This document shows positions 30,030-39,107 of a DNA stretch of 64,000 nucleotides, piece by piece. Position 1 is the first letter of the stretch. The number at the start of each line of letters is the position of its first letter. The stretch comes from an uncultured Gemmatimonadales bacterium (GTDB taxonomy: Bacteria; Gemmatimonadota; Gemmatimonadetes; Gemmatimonadales; GWC2-71-9). The stretch is from assembly GCA_963695555.1 (NCBI GenBank), contig CAVOGR010000007.1, positions 512,001 through 576,000 on the forward strand. Direction: 5' to 3'. The position numbers were made by a program, and so were the translations under genes. The notes under the pieces were generated by a model, which was not told where the DNA came from, ran no database searches, and saw nothing but the letters and a program-made list of their open reading frames with translations.

Positions 30030-30592
30030 GTCCGCGACCCCGGGGTCCGCATCGTCGCCATCGACGCCAAGTACTTCTCCACGAGGTGCCGATCGGTCTC
30101 GGCGCTCATGCGCTCCTCGATCAGCTTGGACGCAGCCGCGAGCGAAAGGTCGACTGCCTCACGCCGGAGCTGGACGATGGCCTTGTCGCGCTCCGCGCTG
30201 ATTTCCCGCCGGGCCCGCTCGAGCAGCGCGTCCTGCTCCTTCTTGGTACGCTCCACGGCCAGGCTGCGCTCCCGATCGGCGGCCTGCTTGGCATCGCCGA
30301 TCATCTGCTGCGCCGAGCCGCGGGCCTCGGCCAACAACCGCTGATTCTCTTCCGCCAGCTGCTGGGCCTTGAGGTTGGCCTCTTCGGCCTTGGTGAGGTA
30401 CGCCTGGACCGACCGTTCCCGCTCTTCCGTGGCCCGGACGATGGATGGCCACGCGTACCGCTTGAGCAGGAAAAACAGCGTGATGAAGACAATCCAGGTC
30501 CAGAAGAAGATGCCGAAGTTCACCTCGAACGGTGAGGCCGGCGCACCGGCCTCCTCCGCCAGAAGCAGCAAGGTCAACATGCCCGTCTCCAT
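30026..30592 (-). CDS. atpF: ATP synthase F0 subunit b
   Basis: FFWTWIVFITLFFLLKRYAWPSI followed by a long charged helix. Confidence 0.95.
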   Translation of the reverse strand: METGMLTLLLLAEEAGAPASPFEVNFGIFFWTWIVFITLFFLLKRYAWPSIVRATEERERSVQAYLTKAEEANLKAQQLAEENQRLLAEARGSAQQMIGDAKQAADRERSLAVERTKKEQDALLERARREISAERDKAIVQLRREAVDLSLAAASKLIEERMSAETDRHLVEKYLASMATMRTPGSRT

Positions 30593-30599
30593 CCGCGGC

Positions 30600-30887
30600 T
30601 CAGCCGAGGAAGTTGAAGAGCAGCGCGAACACGAGGGCGATGATCGTGGCTCCCTCGAGCAGCACCGCGATGAGCAGCGCCGCGCCCCGGATCTCGCCCG
30701 CGGCCTCCGGCTGCCGCGCGATGGCCTCGGCCGCCTGGCCGCCGATGCGTCCCAGACCGATCCCGGCCCCGATGATGGCGAGCCCAAGCGATAAGGCCGC
30801 GCCGAAGAGCGCGTAGGTGTTCCTGGCGGCGTCGACCGTCGCCTGTGCCTGCGACAACTCTTGCACTGTGAGCAGCAAGTCCGTCAT
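30600..30887 (-). CDS. atpE: ATP synthase F0 subunit c
   Basis: GAGIGLG, ARQPE, essential Glu in LLEG. Confidence 0.97.
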   Translation of the reverse strand: MTDLLLTVQELSQAQATVDAARNTYALFGAALSLGLAIIGAGIGLGRIGGQAAEAIARQPEAAGEIRGAALLIAVLLEGATIIALVFALLFNFLG

Positions 30888-31078
30888 GTGGGTGTCCTCA
30901 TTGGTTTACGGGAGATTCGCCATGTGCCGCGCCCCCTCGGCTCGGACCCGCGTCTCCCGGCGCGAGTCCCGCCTGGCGCCCGCCAACGGCCCGAAGGCCA
31001 GCGAGCCTTCCCGACCACCCGGCCGGGTACGATGGAGGCGGCGCTGAGCGCGCGGGCCGCCTCCTCCCATCTGTGCAA

Positions 31079-31942
31079 CTAGTGCTCGTGCTGCATGAGG
31101 CCGATGAATACGGCGCTCAGGAGCGCGAACACATACGCCTGCAAGAAGGCGACAATCAACTCCAACATCATGATCCCCACCACCAAGGCCGCGGTGAGAA
31201 TACCGATGCCCCAGTTCCAGACCGCGAGGTCGCCGAAGAGGAAGATGATGCCGAATAGGGACAGGATCACGAAGTGGCCGGCGGTCATGTTGCCGAACAG
31301 TCGCACCGCCAACGCAAACGGCTTGACCAGCTTGCCCAGGATTTCGATCGGTGCCATCGCCACGGTCAGCACCGCCCCGCCTACTCCGCCCACACCGGGC
31401 ATCTTCGGGAAGATGGTGCGCAGGTACCCGCCGGGTCCGAGTTTCAGCAACCCGCCGATCTCCACCACGAAGAACACCAGGATGGCCAGCGCCCCGGTCA
31501 CTGCCAGGTTGCCGGTGGGCGTGGAGCCCCACGGCAGGAGGCCCATCAGATTGGAATACAGGATGAAGAAGAACAACGCCATGATCAGCGGGGCGAACTT
31601 CGCCCCGTCGTGGCCGATGTTGGCGATGGCGATTTCATTGCGCACGAAGAGGACGAAGGCCTCGACCGCGTTGGCAAAGCCGTGCGGCGCCTTTTCACCG
31701 GCCCGCTGCCGCTCCAGCTGGCGGCCGGCGAGTTTCATGGTGAGAAAGACCAACGCCGCCGCCACTATCATGAAGAAGACGTGCTTGGTCGGCGACAAAT
31801 TGACCGTCCACGACCCAATGTGGATGTCCGGCCAGCGCGGCAGGTGGATGGTGAACAACGGCTCGAAATCGACCGTCCACGCGTCGGCAGTGTGGTGAAG
31901 GAGGACTTCCCCGATGTCGAGTTCGTGAGCTTCCTGGATCAT
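31079..31942 (-). CDS. atpB: ATP synthase F0 subunit a
   Basis: KPFALAVRLFGNMTAGH, LQAYVF. Confidence 0.97.
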   Translation of the reverse strand: MIQEAHELDIGEVLLHHTADAWTVDFEPLFTIHLPRWPDIHIGSWTVNLSPTKHVFFMIVAAALVFLTMKLAGRQLERQRAGEKAPHGFANAVEAFVLFVRNEIAIANIGHDGAKFAPLIMALFFFILYSNLMGLLPWGSTPTGNLAVTGALAILVFFVVEIGGLLKLGPGGYLRTIFPKMPGVGGVGGAVLTVAMAPIEILGKLVKPFALAVRLFGNMTAGHFVILSLFGIIFLFGDLAVWNWGIGILTAALVVGIMMLELIVAFLQAYVFALLSAVFIGLMQHEH

Positions 31943-32280
31943 CGAAACAGGCGTGTCTCCGTAAACAAGAGCGGTACCAGCACCCCGAGAAACCCTACTG
32001 CCGACGGCAGCGGCAGGAACAGGTCCTGCCGAATCCAGACCGCGACGCCAAAGAGCACGATGCCTCCGACCCGAAGCGCCATACCATAGCCCCAGCGCCG
32101 GAGCAGGTCCTTGAACGGCCCGGCAACGGCGGGCCGCACCAGCGAGTGCGCCACGACTTGGATCGCCGTCGCAAGGAGCCCGAACGCGATACTGCCGACA
32201 AGCGCCCCCGACCCCCACAACGCGGCCGCGATCCCGCTCACAACGGCGGTGAGCGCGAGTCCGAGTGCCGCAACTTTCAC
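31939..32280 (-). CDS. ATP synthase subunit I-like 4-TM protein
   Basis: Four hydrophobic helices; overlaps the neighbouring atp genes. Confidence 0.75.
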   Translation of the reverse strand: MKVAALGLALTAVVSGIAAALWGSGALVGSIAFGLLATAIQVVAHSLVRPAVAGPFKDLLRRWGYGMALRVGGIVLFGVAVWIRQDLFLPLPSAVGFLGVLVPLLFTETRLFR

Positions 32281-32549
32281 GGCTTGCCGCCCCGTTTGCG
32301 CTTGCGTGCCAGGCGGTCCTTCTCGTGCTCCGCCTCGCCGGCCTGGAGCCTCCGAAGCACAGTGAGGAAGCTCAGGGTCGCCCCACCCAGGGTTCCAACG
32401 ATGGTAAAGAGCGGCATGAGGCCGAGCCAGCGATCCAGCCAAAACCCGGCCGCCATGAACAAAATGGTCCCGCCGGCGAAGGTCATGCCGAGGGAGACGT
32501 ACTTGTATCCCTCGCCGATTTCCCGGCCGGGACCGGATTCTGGCTCCAT
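32277..32549 (-). CDS. AtpZ/AtpI-family protein
   Basis: GFWLDRWLG...PLF 2-TM signature; first gene of the atp operon. Confidence 0.85.
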   Translation of the reverse strand: MEPESGPGREIGEGYKYVSLGMTFAGGTILFMAAGFWLDRWLGLMPLFTIVGTLGGATLSFLTVLRRLQAGEAEHEKDRLARKRKRGGKP

Positions 32550-32570
32550 ACAGCCGCGGAATCTAGGAGC

Positions 32571-32588
32571 TTGTGAAAAATTTCGCAA
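32571..32588. promoter_or_regulatory. Rex-box-like operator upstream of the atp operon
   Basis: TTGTGAA-AAAT-TTCGCAA matches 13 of 14 positions of TTGTGAA-N4-TTCACAA. Confidence 0.65.
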
Positions 32589-32759
32589 GCAAGTCTCCGG
32601 GTGGTGTTTCCAATGGCTTTGTGGTTCATAGTGAAACGTCATTTTCACGTTGCAGTCCCGCACCGTGGGTTGCGGTCGCACAATTGCGCAGCTGGCCGGT
32701 CTCCGCCTGTAGCGTCGGTGTACGAGCCTGACTACTCTCCTACAAGGACCACGTGCGAC

Positions 32760-32801
32760 CGACTCCCGACCCCCAACTCCCTACTACCTACTGCCGACCC
32801 C
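32760..32801. repeat. Six degenerate tandem heptamers (C-[GAT]-A-C-Y-N-C)
   Basis: CGACTCC CGACCCC CAACTCC CTACTAC CTACTGC CGACCCC directly before the moxR ATG. Confidence 0.75.
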
Positions 32802-33815
32802 ATGACCTCCACTCGCGCACCCGCCACCGACGATGTCCAGCAGCTCGAGCGCCTCGGCGCCGCGGTCCGGCAGCTCCGCGCCATGGTTGCCCAGCGAATC
32901 GTGGGTCAGGAGGACGTGGTGGACGGCATCGTCGCGGCCCTTCTGGCTGGAGGACATGCACTCCTGATCGGGGTGCCGGGCCTCGCCAAGACCCTCATGG
33001 TCTCGACCGTGGCCTCGGCGCTGGACCTGAGCTTCCACCGGATCCAGTTCACCCCCGACCTCATGCCGAGCGACATCACGGGCACCGAGATCATCGAGGA
33101 AGACCTGAGCTCCGGCAAGCGTTCCTTCCGGTTCGTGCCCGGCCCCGTCTTCGCCAACGTGGTGCTGGCCGACGAGATCAACCGGACTCCTCCAAAGACC
33201 CAGGCCGCGCTGCTTCAGGCCATGCAGGAACACGAGGTGACGGCCGGCGGGACGACCTATCACCTGCCCGAGCCTTTCTTCGTCCTGGCGACCCAGAACC
33301 CAATCGAGCAGGAGGGCACCTATCCCCTGCCCGAGGCGCAACTCGACCGCTTCATGTTCGAGCTCAGGGTCGGGTATCCCTCGAAAGCGGAGGAGGAAGC
33401 CATCGTCGAGCAGACCACCGGCAGCCGAGCTGTGTCGATCGACCCGGTGCTCGACGCCGACACGCTCGTGGCCATGCAGGGTCTAGTGCGCCGGATTCCG
33501 GTGTCTCGCGAACTCATCCGCTCTGCCGTGACCTTGGCCCGCATCACCAGACCGGCCGACGCGGAGGCCCCGGCTGTGGTCAAGGAATACGTGGAATGGG
33601 GCGCGGGGCCGCGTGCCTCCCAGTACCTCATCCTGGGTGCCAAGGCCAGGGCGGCAATGGACGGACGGCCTATGGCCGATCTCGACGACGTGCGTGACGT
33701 GGCCGGATCGGTGCTCCGCCACCGGGTGGTGACCAACTTCGCGGCGGAGGCGGCGGGGCGGAGCAGCGGCGACGTGGTGCGGGAGCTGGTGGACGGGAAG
33801 CAGTGGATGGGCTAA
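32802..33815 (+). CDS. moxR: MoxR-family AAA+ ATPase
   Basis: GVPGLAKT, RIQFTPDLMPSD, LADEINR, ATQNPIEQEGTYPLPEAQLDRF. Confidence 0.95.
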   Translation: MTSTRAPATDDVQQLERLGAAVRQLRAMVAQRIVGQEDVVDGIVAALLAGGHALLIGVPGLAKTLMVSTVASALDLSFHRIQFTPDLMPSDITGTEIIEEDLSSGKRSFRFVPGPVFANVVLADEINRTPPKTQAALLQAMQEHEVTAGGTTYHLPEPFFVLATQNPIEQEGTYPLPEAQLDRFMFELRVGYPSKAEEEAIVEQTTGSRAVSIDPVLDADTLVAMQGLVRRIPVSRELIRSAVTLARITRPADAEAPAVVKEYVEWGAGPRASQYLILGAKARAAMDGRPMADLDDVRDVAGSVLRHRVVTNFAAEAAGRSSGDVVRELVDGKQWMG

Positions 33816-33990
33816 GTGGCGTGATATTGTAGCGATAGTGGCTTGATGATGTCGCTAATGACGGGGTCCGGTAAGATGAACCGGGCCTCGTCTGTCATCC
33901 CCCTTCCGACCACCCCCAGCGCCCAAGCGCTCGCGAGGACGGGCCTCCTGAGTTATCATGGCCCGTCCCCCAACACAGGAGCACTCTCAG

Positions 33991-36030
33991 ATGTGGCCGT
34001 ATCGAGTTCCCGCCCGATCGATCCTCCTCCCCCTCGGTTTGCTGGCCGTATCCACCGCGCTGATCCCCACGGCGAACGCCCAGCAGGCTAGCGCGCCAGA
34101 ACGGCTGTACACCACAGCGCAGGCCGACCGTGGGCACGAGGTTTACCGGGCCCAATGCGCCGAGTGCCACGGACAGAGCCTGAATGATGGCGGCGTGGCC
34201 CCGCTCGCCGGGCCCGCGTTCATCCAGAATTGGACCCGGGCGGATCGCTCGTTGGGGGACCTCTATTACATCACGAAGAGCACCATGCCGCGGGCGGCCG
34301 CGGGCTCCTTGTCCGAGCGCGAGTATATCGATGTCTTGGCCTACATCCTCGAGCGGAATGGGTATCCCGCGGGCGATACACCGCTCAGCGCCGACCAAGC
34401 CACGCTTGGGAGCGTGCGCCTCACCGCCACACCGATGACGGAGGCCGCCCGAGCCAAGGCTCCGCCGCCCGAGTTCATTCCAGGCAAGAAGGGCCTCGAG
34501 CCGTCGGGCAGCGGTCCGACGCAGGACGAGCTGCTCGCGGCTCACGGAAATACCAGCGACTGGCTCTACCACACCCACGACTACACCGGCCGCCGCTACA
34601 TCGACCTGTCTGAGATCACACCGGCCAACGTGGGCCGGCTCCAGGTGGCATGTGCCTACCAAGTGGGTGACCTGGGGTACTTCCAGACCGGCCCGATCGT
34701 GTATCGCGGAATCATGTACGTGACGACCCTGCACACGACAGCGGCCATCGACGCCACCACCTGCCGAGAGAAGTGGCGCCACACGTGGGAGCCGCTGACG
34801 ACCGAGGTCTGGCCCAATCAGCGGGGTGTCGCCATCAAGGATGGCCGGGTGGTGCGCGGGACGGCCGACGGCTACCTGTTCGCGCTCGATGCGGCCACCG
34901 GGGAACCGCTCTGGACCCGCCGGATCGCCGACGCGGCGTTGGGCGAGACCATCACCATGGCGCCGATGATCTTCGAGGATCTGGTGTTTATCGGACCGGC
35001 CGGCAGCGAGAACAACATCTCCGGATGGGTAGGTGCGTTCCGACTCAGCGACGGGAGCCAGGTGTGGCGGTTCAAGACCGTACCCGGTGCGGGAGAGCCG
35101 GGCAACGAGAGCTGGCCGAACCCCGGGAACATCCCGCTCGGCGGGGGCGCGGTGTGGACCCCGCTCGCGCTCGATGTCGAGAAGCGGGAGGTGTACGTGG
35201 CGGTGACCAATCCCGCGCCCGACATTCCGGCGCACTTGAGACCGGGCCCCAATCTCTACAGCAACTCGATCGTGGCCCTGGACGTCGACACCGGGACGCT
35301 CAAATGGTACGAGCAGCTGGTGCCCAACGACGCCCACGACTGGGATCTAACCCAAGTGAGCCCGCTGTTCGAGACCGAAGTCCAGGGCCGGAGCAGGAAA
35401 TTGGTGGCCACGGTTGGAAAAGACGGCATTCTCCGGGTGCTCGACCGGACAACCCGCGAGCGGATCTACCAAACGCCGATTACCACCCAGAAGAACGTCG
35501 ACGTTCCGCTCGACAAGGACGGCGTGCTGGTTTGCCCCGGCGTCTTGGGCGGCGTCGAGTGGAACGGGCCGGCCTACAATCCGCGCGCCAACCTGCTGTA
35601 CGTAAACGCGGTGGACTGGTGCACGACGTTCGCCGTGGCCGATTCAGTTCGGTTCGTCGAGGGCGAGATGTACCTCGGCGGGACGGTCGAGCTGGCCGAG
35701 ACCAGCCAGGGGTGGCTCACCGCGGTGGACGCGTCCACCGGACGCGTGGCCTGGCGGTACCGCTCGGCCCGGCCGATGGTCTCAGCGATCACCACGACGG
35801 GCGGCGGACTGGTGTTCACCGGGGAGCTGGATGGTGACTTCATGGCCTTGGACGCCCGATCGGGAGCGGTGCTCTACCGGTTCAATACCGGCGGCTCGAT
35901 CGGCGGCGGCGTGGTGAGCTACGCCATCGACGGGACGCAGTATGTGGCCGTGGCGTCGGGCCGGGCGTCGCTGTGGTTCGGGCCGGAGGGTGCGCCGACG
36001 GTGTTCGTCTTCGCGCTGCCGAAACGCTGA
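33991..36030 (+). CDS. PQQ-dependent dehydrogenase with N-terminal c-type cytochrome domain
   Basis: Signal peptide, CAECH with distal KSTMP Met, then PQQ propeller motifs (ALDAATGEPLW, GGAVWT, YSNSIVALD, PNDAHDWD, GGLVFTG, GTQYVAV). Confidence 0.9.
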   Translation: MWPYRVPARSILLPLGLLAVSTALIPTANAQQASAPERLYTTAQADRGHEVYRAQCAECHGQSLNDGGVAPLAGPAFIQNWTRADRSLGDLYYITKSTMPRAAAGSLSEREYIDVLAYILERNGYPAGDTPLSADQATLGSVRLTATPMTEAARAKAPPPEFIPGKKGLEPSGSGPTQDELLAAHGNTSDWLYHTHDYTGRRYIDLSEITPANVGRLQVACAYQVGDLGYFQTGPIVYRGIMYVTTLHTTAAIDATTCREKWRHTWEPLTTEVWPNQRGVAIKDGRVVRGTADGYLFALDAATGEPLWTRRIADAALGETITMAPMIFEDLVFIGPAGSENNISGWVGAFRLSDGSQVWRFKTVPGAGEPGNESWPNPGNIPLGGGAVWTPLALDVEKREVYVAVTNPAPDIPAHLRPGPNLYSNSIVALDVDTGTLKWYEQLVPNDAHDWDLTQVSPLFETEVQGRSRKLVATVGKDGILRVLDRTTRERIYQTPITTQKNVDVPLDKDGVLVCPGVLGGVEWNGPAYNPRANLLYVNAVDWCTTFAVADSVRFVEGEMYLGGTVELAETSQGWLTAVDASTGRVAWRYRSARPMVSAITTTGGGLVFTGELDGDFMALDARSGAVLYRFNTGGSIGGGVVSYAIDGTQYVAVASGRASLWFGPEGAPTVFVFALPKR

Positions 36031-36087
36031 GTCGTTCCAACATGTCCCGTATGACTGCGTCTAGCGATATGGCCTAAGGAGGCATTC

Positions 36088-37266
36088 GTGCCGGCTCAGT
36101 ACAATCGCAGGGTTCGTCCAATACCCAACATCGCTCTTGGGGCATTTCGTCGCTCGGTGCTCGGATTGGGCGTGGGGATACTACTGCTCGCCGCACCGCA
36201 CTTCAGCCAGGCGCAGACTCCCCGCGTTGCCGCGGCACCGGGATATGGCACGTTTGCCGAGACGGTCGCTTCGAGCCGAGCCCTGATCGACTCGCTCATG
36301 CGGGCGCGGAATCTGCCCGGGCTATCGATCGCGGTGTCGGTGGACGGCGAGGTGGTGTGGTCCGAAGGGTTCGGCTACGCCGACATCGAGCAGGGCACCA
36401 TGGTGACGCCGACCACGAGGTTCCGCATCGGCAGTATTTCCAAGCCGTTGACGGCTGCGGCCCTGGCGCTGCTCACCGAGCAGGGTGTCCTCGACCTGGA
36501 CGCGCCGATCCAGCGTTATGTGCCGTCGTTTCCGGAAAAGACGAAGGGCGTCATCACGAGCCGGCTCTTGGCCGGCCACCTTGCCGGGGTGCGTCACTAC
36601 GGGAGTGCCGAGGAATTCCTGAGCAGCAAGCGCTACGCCACGGTCCTCGAAGGACTCGACATCTTCAAAGGCGACACGCTGCGAACGCCACCGGGCGAGA
36701 AGTATTCGTACTCGAGCTATGGGTGGAACCTGCTGAGCGCGGTCGTGGAGGGTGCGTCGGGCGAGCAATTCCTGGCCTACATGCAGGAGCATGTGTTTCG
36801 CCCGCTGGGCCTGCGACACACGGTCGCCGACTACACGGATAGCATCATCACGGGCCGCAGTGGATTTTACGACCGCGCGGCGGACAGCAGCTTGATCAAC
36901 GCCCCCTATGTAGACAACAGCTACAAATGGGCCGGCGGTGGCTTCCTGTCCACACCGGAGGACTTGCTCCGCTTTGCCGACGCGCACGTGCAGGCCGGTT
37001 TCTTGAAGCCTGAAACCGTGAAGCTCCTGTGGACCTCCCAGCGGAACGCGGCGGGCGAAGAGGTCTCATACGGGATTGGATGGGCGGTCGGCGAGCTGAA
37101 CGGCAGACGGCTCATCTCGCACGGTGGCGGCTCAGTGGGCGGCAACAGCTGGCTCGCTATCCTTCCCGACGAGAAGGTGGCGCTCGCGGTGGCCGCGAAC
37201 ATCGGCGGTGCGGGGTACGGGGCCGTGCCGCGCCGGATACTCGAGATGTTTGCAGCAGAACGCTAA
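36088..37266 (+). CDS. Serine hydrolase, beta-lactamase class C/AmpH-like
   Basis: SISK, YSYSS, HGGG motifs; signal peptide. Confidence 0.92.
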   Translation: MPAQYNRRVRPIPNIALGAFRRSVLGLGVGILLLAAPHFSQAQTPRVAAAPGYGTFAETVASSRALIDSLMRARNLPGLSIAVSVDGEVVWSEGFGYADIEQGTMVTPTTRFRIGSISKPLTAAALALLTEQGVLDLDAPIQRYVPSFPEKTKGVITSRLLAGHLAGVRHYGSAEEFLSSKRYATVLEGLDIFKGDTLRTPPGEKYSYSSYGWNLLSAVVEGASGEQFLAYMQEHVFRPLGLRHTVADYTDSIITGRSGFYDRAADSSLINAPYVDNSYKWAGGGFLSTPEDLLRFADAHVQAGFLKPETVKLLWTSQRNAAGEEVSYGIGWAVGELNGRRLISHGGGSVGGNSWLAILPDEKVALAVAANIGGAGYGAVPRRILEMFAAER

Positions 37267-37282
37267 CGGTGCGGTCGAAACA

Positions 37283-37318
37283 GCAAGGGCCCGGCCTCTC
37301 ACGAGGCCGGGCCCTTGC
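37283..37318. terminator. Bidirectional terminator
   Basis: GCAAGGGCCCGGCCTC-tcac-GAGGCCGGGCCCTTGC, 16-bp stem. Confidence 0.8.
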
Positions 37319-37339
37319 GTTACACACGATCGGATCGAT

Positions 37340-38278
37340 CTAGGTCGTAGCACCGATAAAGACCACCGTCGGAGCGACCCCGCATCCATTGAGCGTGACC
37401 TGGACCGCCGCCGCCCCCTGCTGGGACGATGCGGCAGCACGAAGCACACCCGCAACCACGTCGCCGCCGAACCCGCAGCTCGCGTCATACGTCAACGCCA
37501 CCGGGGTGTTGAGCACCAGGCTGAAGAACCCATCGGGTGCCACCACTTGGAAATTCCCGCTCAAGTCGAGCGTCCCGTTGGGGAGCGGACCGTCAAACAC
37601 GATGCTGGATGGTGTCTCCGCTGTGAAAGACACACTGTGCGCCGCATCGAGGTTCACACTCTGCCCACCGGCTTCGATGCCGAGCGAAAAGTCTTCGTCC
37701 AGCGTGAGCAGGCTCGTGGAGCCACGGAGCGAGCGGGTACCATCCTGCGTGAGGGCGAGGGTTTCCGCGCTGCTCGCGCTGGTGAACGCGAACCGGAGGG
37801 TGTTGATGTCGAGGTCGAACCCGATCGTCGCCGAGGCCGGGTCGGACACCCGCACTGATCCGGTGACGACACCGGTCCCGGTCTGATCCGTCGTGGTGCA
37901 GAACTGCGGATCGAACGTGAACAGCGCGTTGTCGGGCACGCCGTCCTGATCGGAGTCGATCGGAGGATCGGGCGTGAACGAGGGGCAGCCGTCCAGGGCG
38001 AAGTTCGAGAGGCTCAAGGTCGGCGCCGGCGAGAGCATCCGGCCCGCCGCGAGCGATACACCTCCGAAGTCGCTGAAGTCGAATGCCTCGATGGTCAGGC
38101 CCTGGAGCGACGTCTCCACCAGGCCCACGGTCAGGTCGGCGATGGCCGGGGCGTTCTGTTCATTGAGCGCCACTTGGTTCGGGGCCAGCTTGTCCTCGCT
38201 ATTACAGGCCCCAAGGCCCACGGTCAGCAAGGCGGCCAGGGCCCAACGGGCTGCCGTGGCGATTTGCATGCGGTTCAT
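37340..38278 (-). CDS. Hypothetical beta-rich lipoprotein
   Basis: Lipobox LGAC; DSDQDGVPDN Ca-binding-like loop; two Cys pairs. Confidence 0.75.
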   Translation of the reverse strand: MNRMQIATAARWALAALLTVGLGACNSEDKLAPNQVALNEQNAPAIADLTVGLVETSLQGLTIEAFDFSDFGGVSLAAGRMLSPAPTLSLSNFALDGCPSFTPDPPIDSDQDGVPDNALFTFDPQFCTTTDQTGTGVVTGSVRVSDPASATIGFDLDINTLRFAFTSASSAETLALTQDGTRSLRGSTSLLTLDEDFSLGIEAGGQSVNLDAAHSVSFTAETPSSIVFDGPLPNGTLDLSGNFQVVAPDGFFSLVLNTPVALTYDASCGFGGDVVAGVLRAAASSQQGAAAVQVTLNGCGVAPTVVFIGATT

Positions 38279-38467
38279 CGGGTCTCCTCCGGCTTTCGAT
38301 TCCGGCCCGCGAGGCCCCTGCCCCGGGACACATTGTCTAAGTCATTAGGAAAGAAAGAGTTGTAATTTCTCTCCGATCTCTCCCTCCCCTGCCATTTCCC
38401 TCCACCCGATCGCCAGGGGCAACGGTCGTGCCGGAGGCGCCTTCGGTGTGAGCAGCGTCACAAAGAG

Positions 38468-38501
38468 TCGGAGCCCCCAGCCGCTATGGCAGGGGGCTCC
38501 G
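38468..38501 (-). terminator. Terminator hairpin after the secreted protein gene
   Basis: CGGAGCCCC...GGGGCTCCG with CTCTTTGT on the minus strand. Confidence 0.6.
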
Positions 38502-38534
38502 GGAATCCGCGAGCGCGATGGTGGATTCGTTTTA

Positions 38535-39107
38535 CTAGTGTTTGTGCTCCATCGCCTTCGGCGCGCTGATCGGCATCATGATGTGAGCGTACGGGGTGCC
38601 CTTCCACATGACGTAGGGGCCGCCGCTCTGGTAGTCGGTAGGGAGGCCGTCGAGCGCTGCGGGATCGGGCGTGATGATCATCACGTGGGGCCCACTCTCC
38701 ACCCAGGCCTTCCCCTCAGCCGGTGCGGTCGCGTAGGGATCGGTATTGCTCGCGTCCCAGCCGCCCCTCAACATGTAGGCGAGGCCCACACTGGTTACGC
38801 CGGTGAGGGGCTTCTTGTTCATCCAGGCGTCGGCCCACTTGAGCCACTGCTCATCCAGGCACATGGGCGTCACACCCGGTTGGTTGGGCACGTCGGGGAA
38901 ACAAGTCCAGCCATTCGACCCTTCCCGCAGGACGGTCCCGTCCCAATCGACCACGGCTGCGTCCTTGGCCACTGCAGCCGGGCCCGCGGTCAGCGCCTCG
39001 GCAATCTTGTCCTTCGGGGTCATCGCCGCCTTCTCTTGAGCGCCAGCGCTGATCGCATGACCGAAGAGTACCAGGCCGAGTACGGCCAGCAGGGGGGAGG
39101 TACGCAT
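38535..39107 (-). CDS. Conserved secreted hypothetical protein
   Basis: Signal peptide; GSNGWTC, PMCLD, YMLRG..SNTDP, GPHVMI, GTPYAHIMMP. Confidence 0.8.
   Translation of the reverse strand: MRTSPLLAVLGLVLFGHAISAGAQEKAAMTPKDKIAEALTAGPAAVAKDAAVVDWDGTVLREGSNGWTCFPDVPNQPGVTPMCLDEQWLKWADAWMNKKPLTGVTSVGLAYMLRGGWDASNTDPYATAPAEGKAWVESGPHVMIITPDPAALDGLPTDYQSGGPYVMWKGTPYAHIMMPISAPKAMEHKH

Noticed and set aside
32760..32801. CRISPR array or other spacer-containing repeat
   Set aside because: Units are 7 bp, contiguous and degenerate; no spacers or cas genes anywhere in the window
33816..33990. Riboswitch in the PQQ dehydrogenase leader
   Set aside because: Hairpins are present (TAGCGA/TCGCTA; GACGGGG..CCGGT/ACCGG..CCTCGTC) but no known aptamer motif; a terminator for moxR explains them
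36088..37266. Antibiotic-resistance beta-lactamase
   Set aside because: Generic SxxK serine hydrolase with YxS and HGG motifs rather than the AmpC YxN/KTG set
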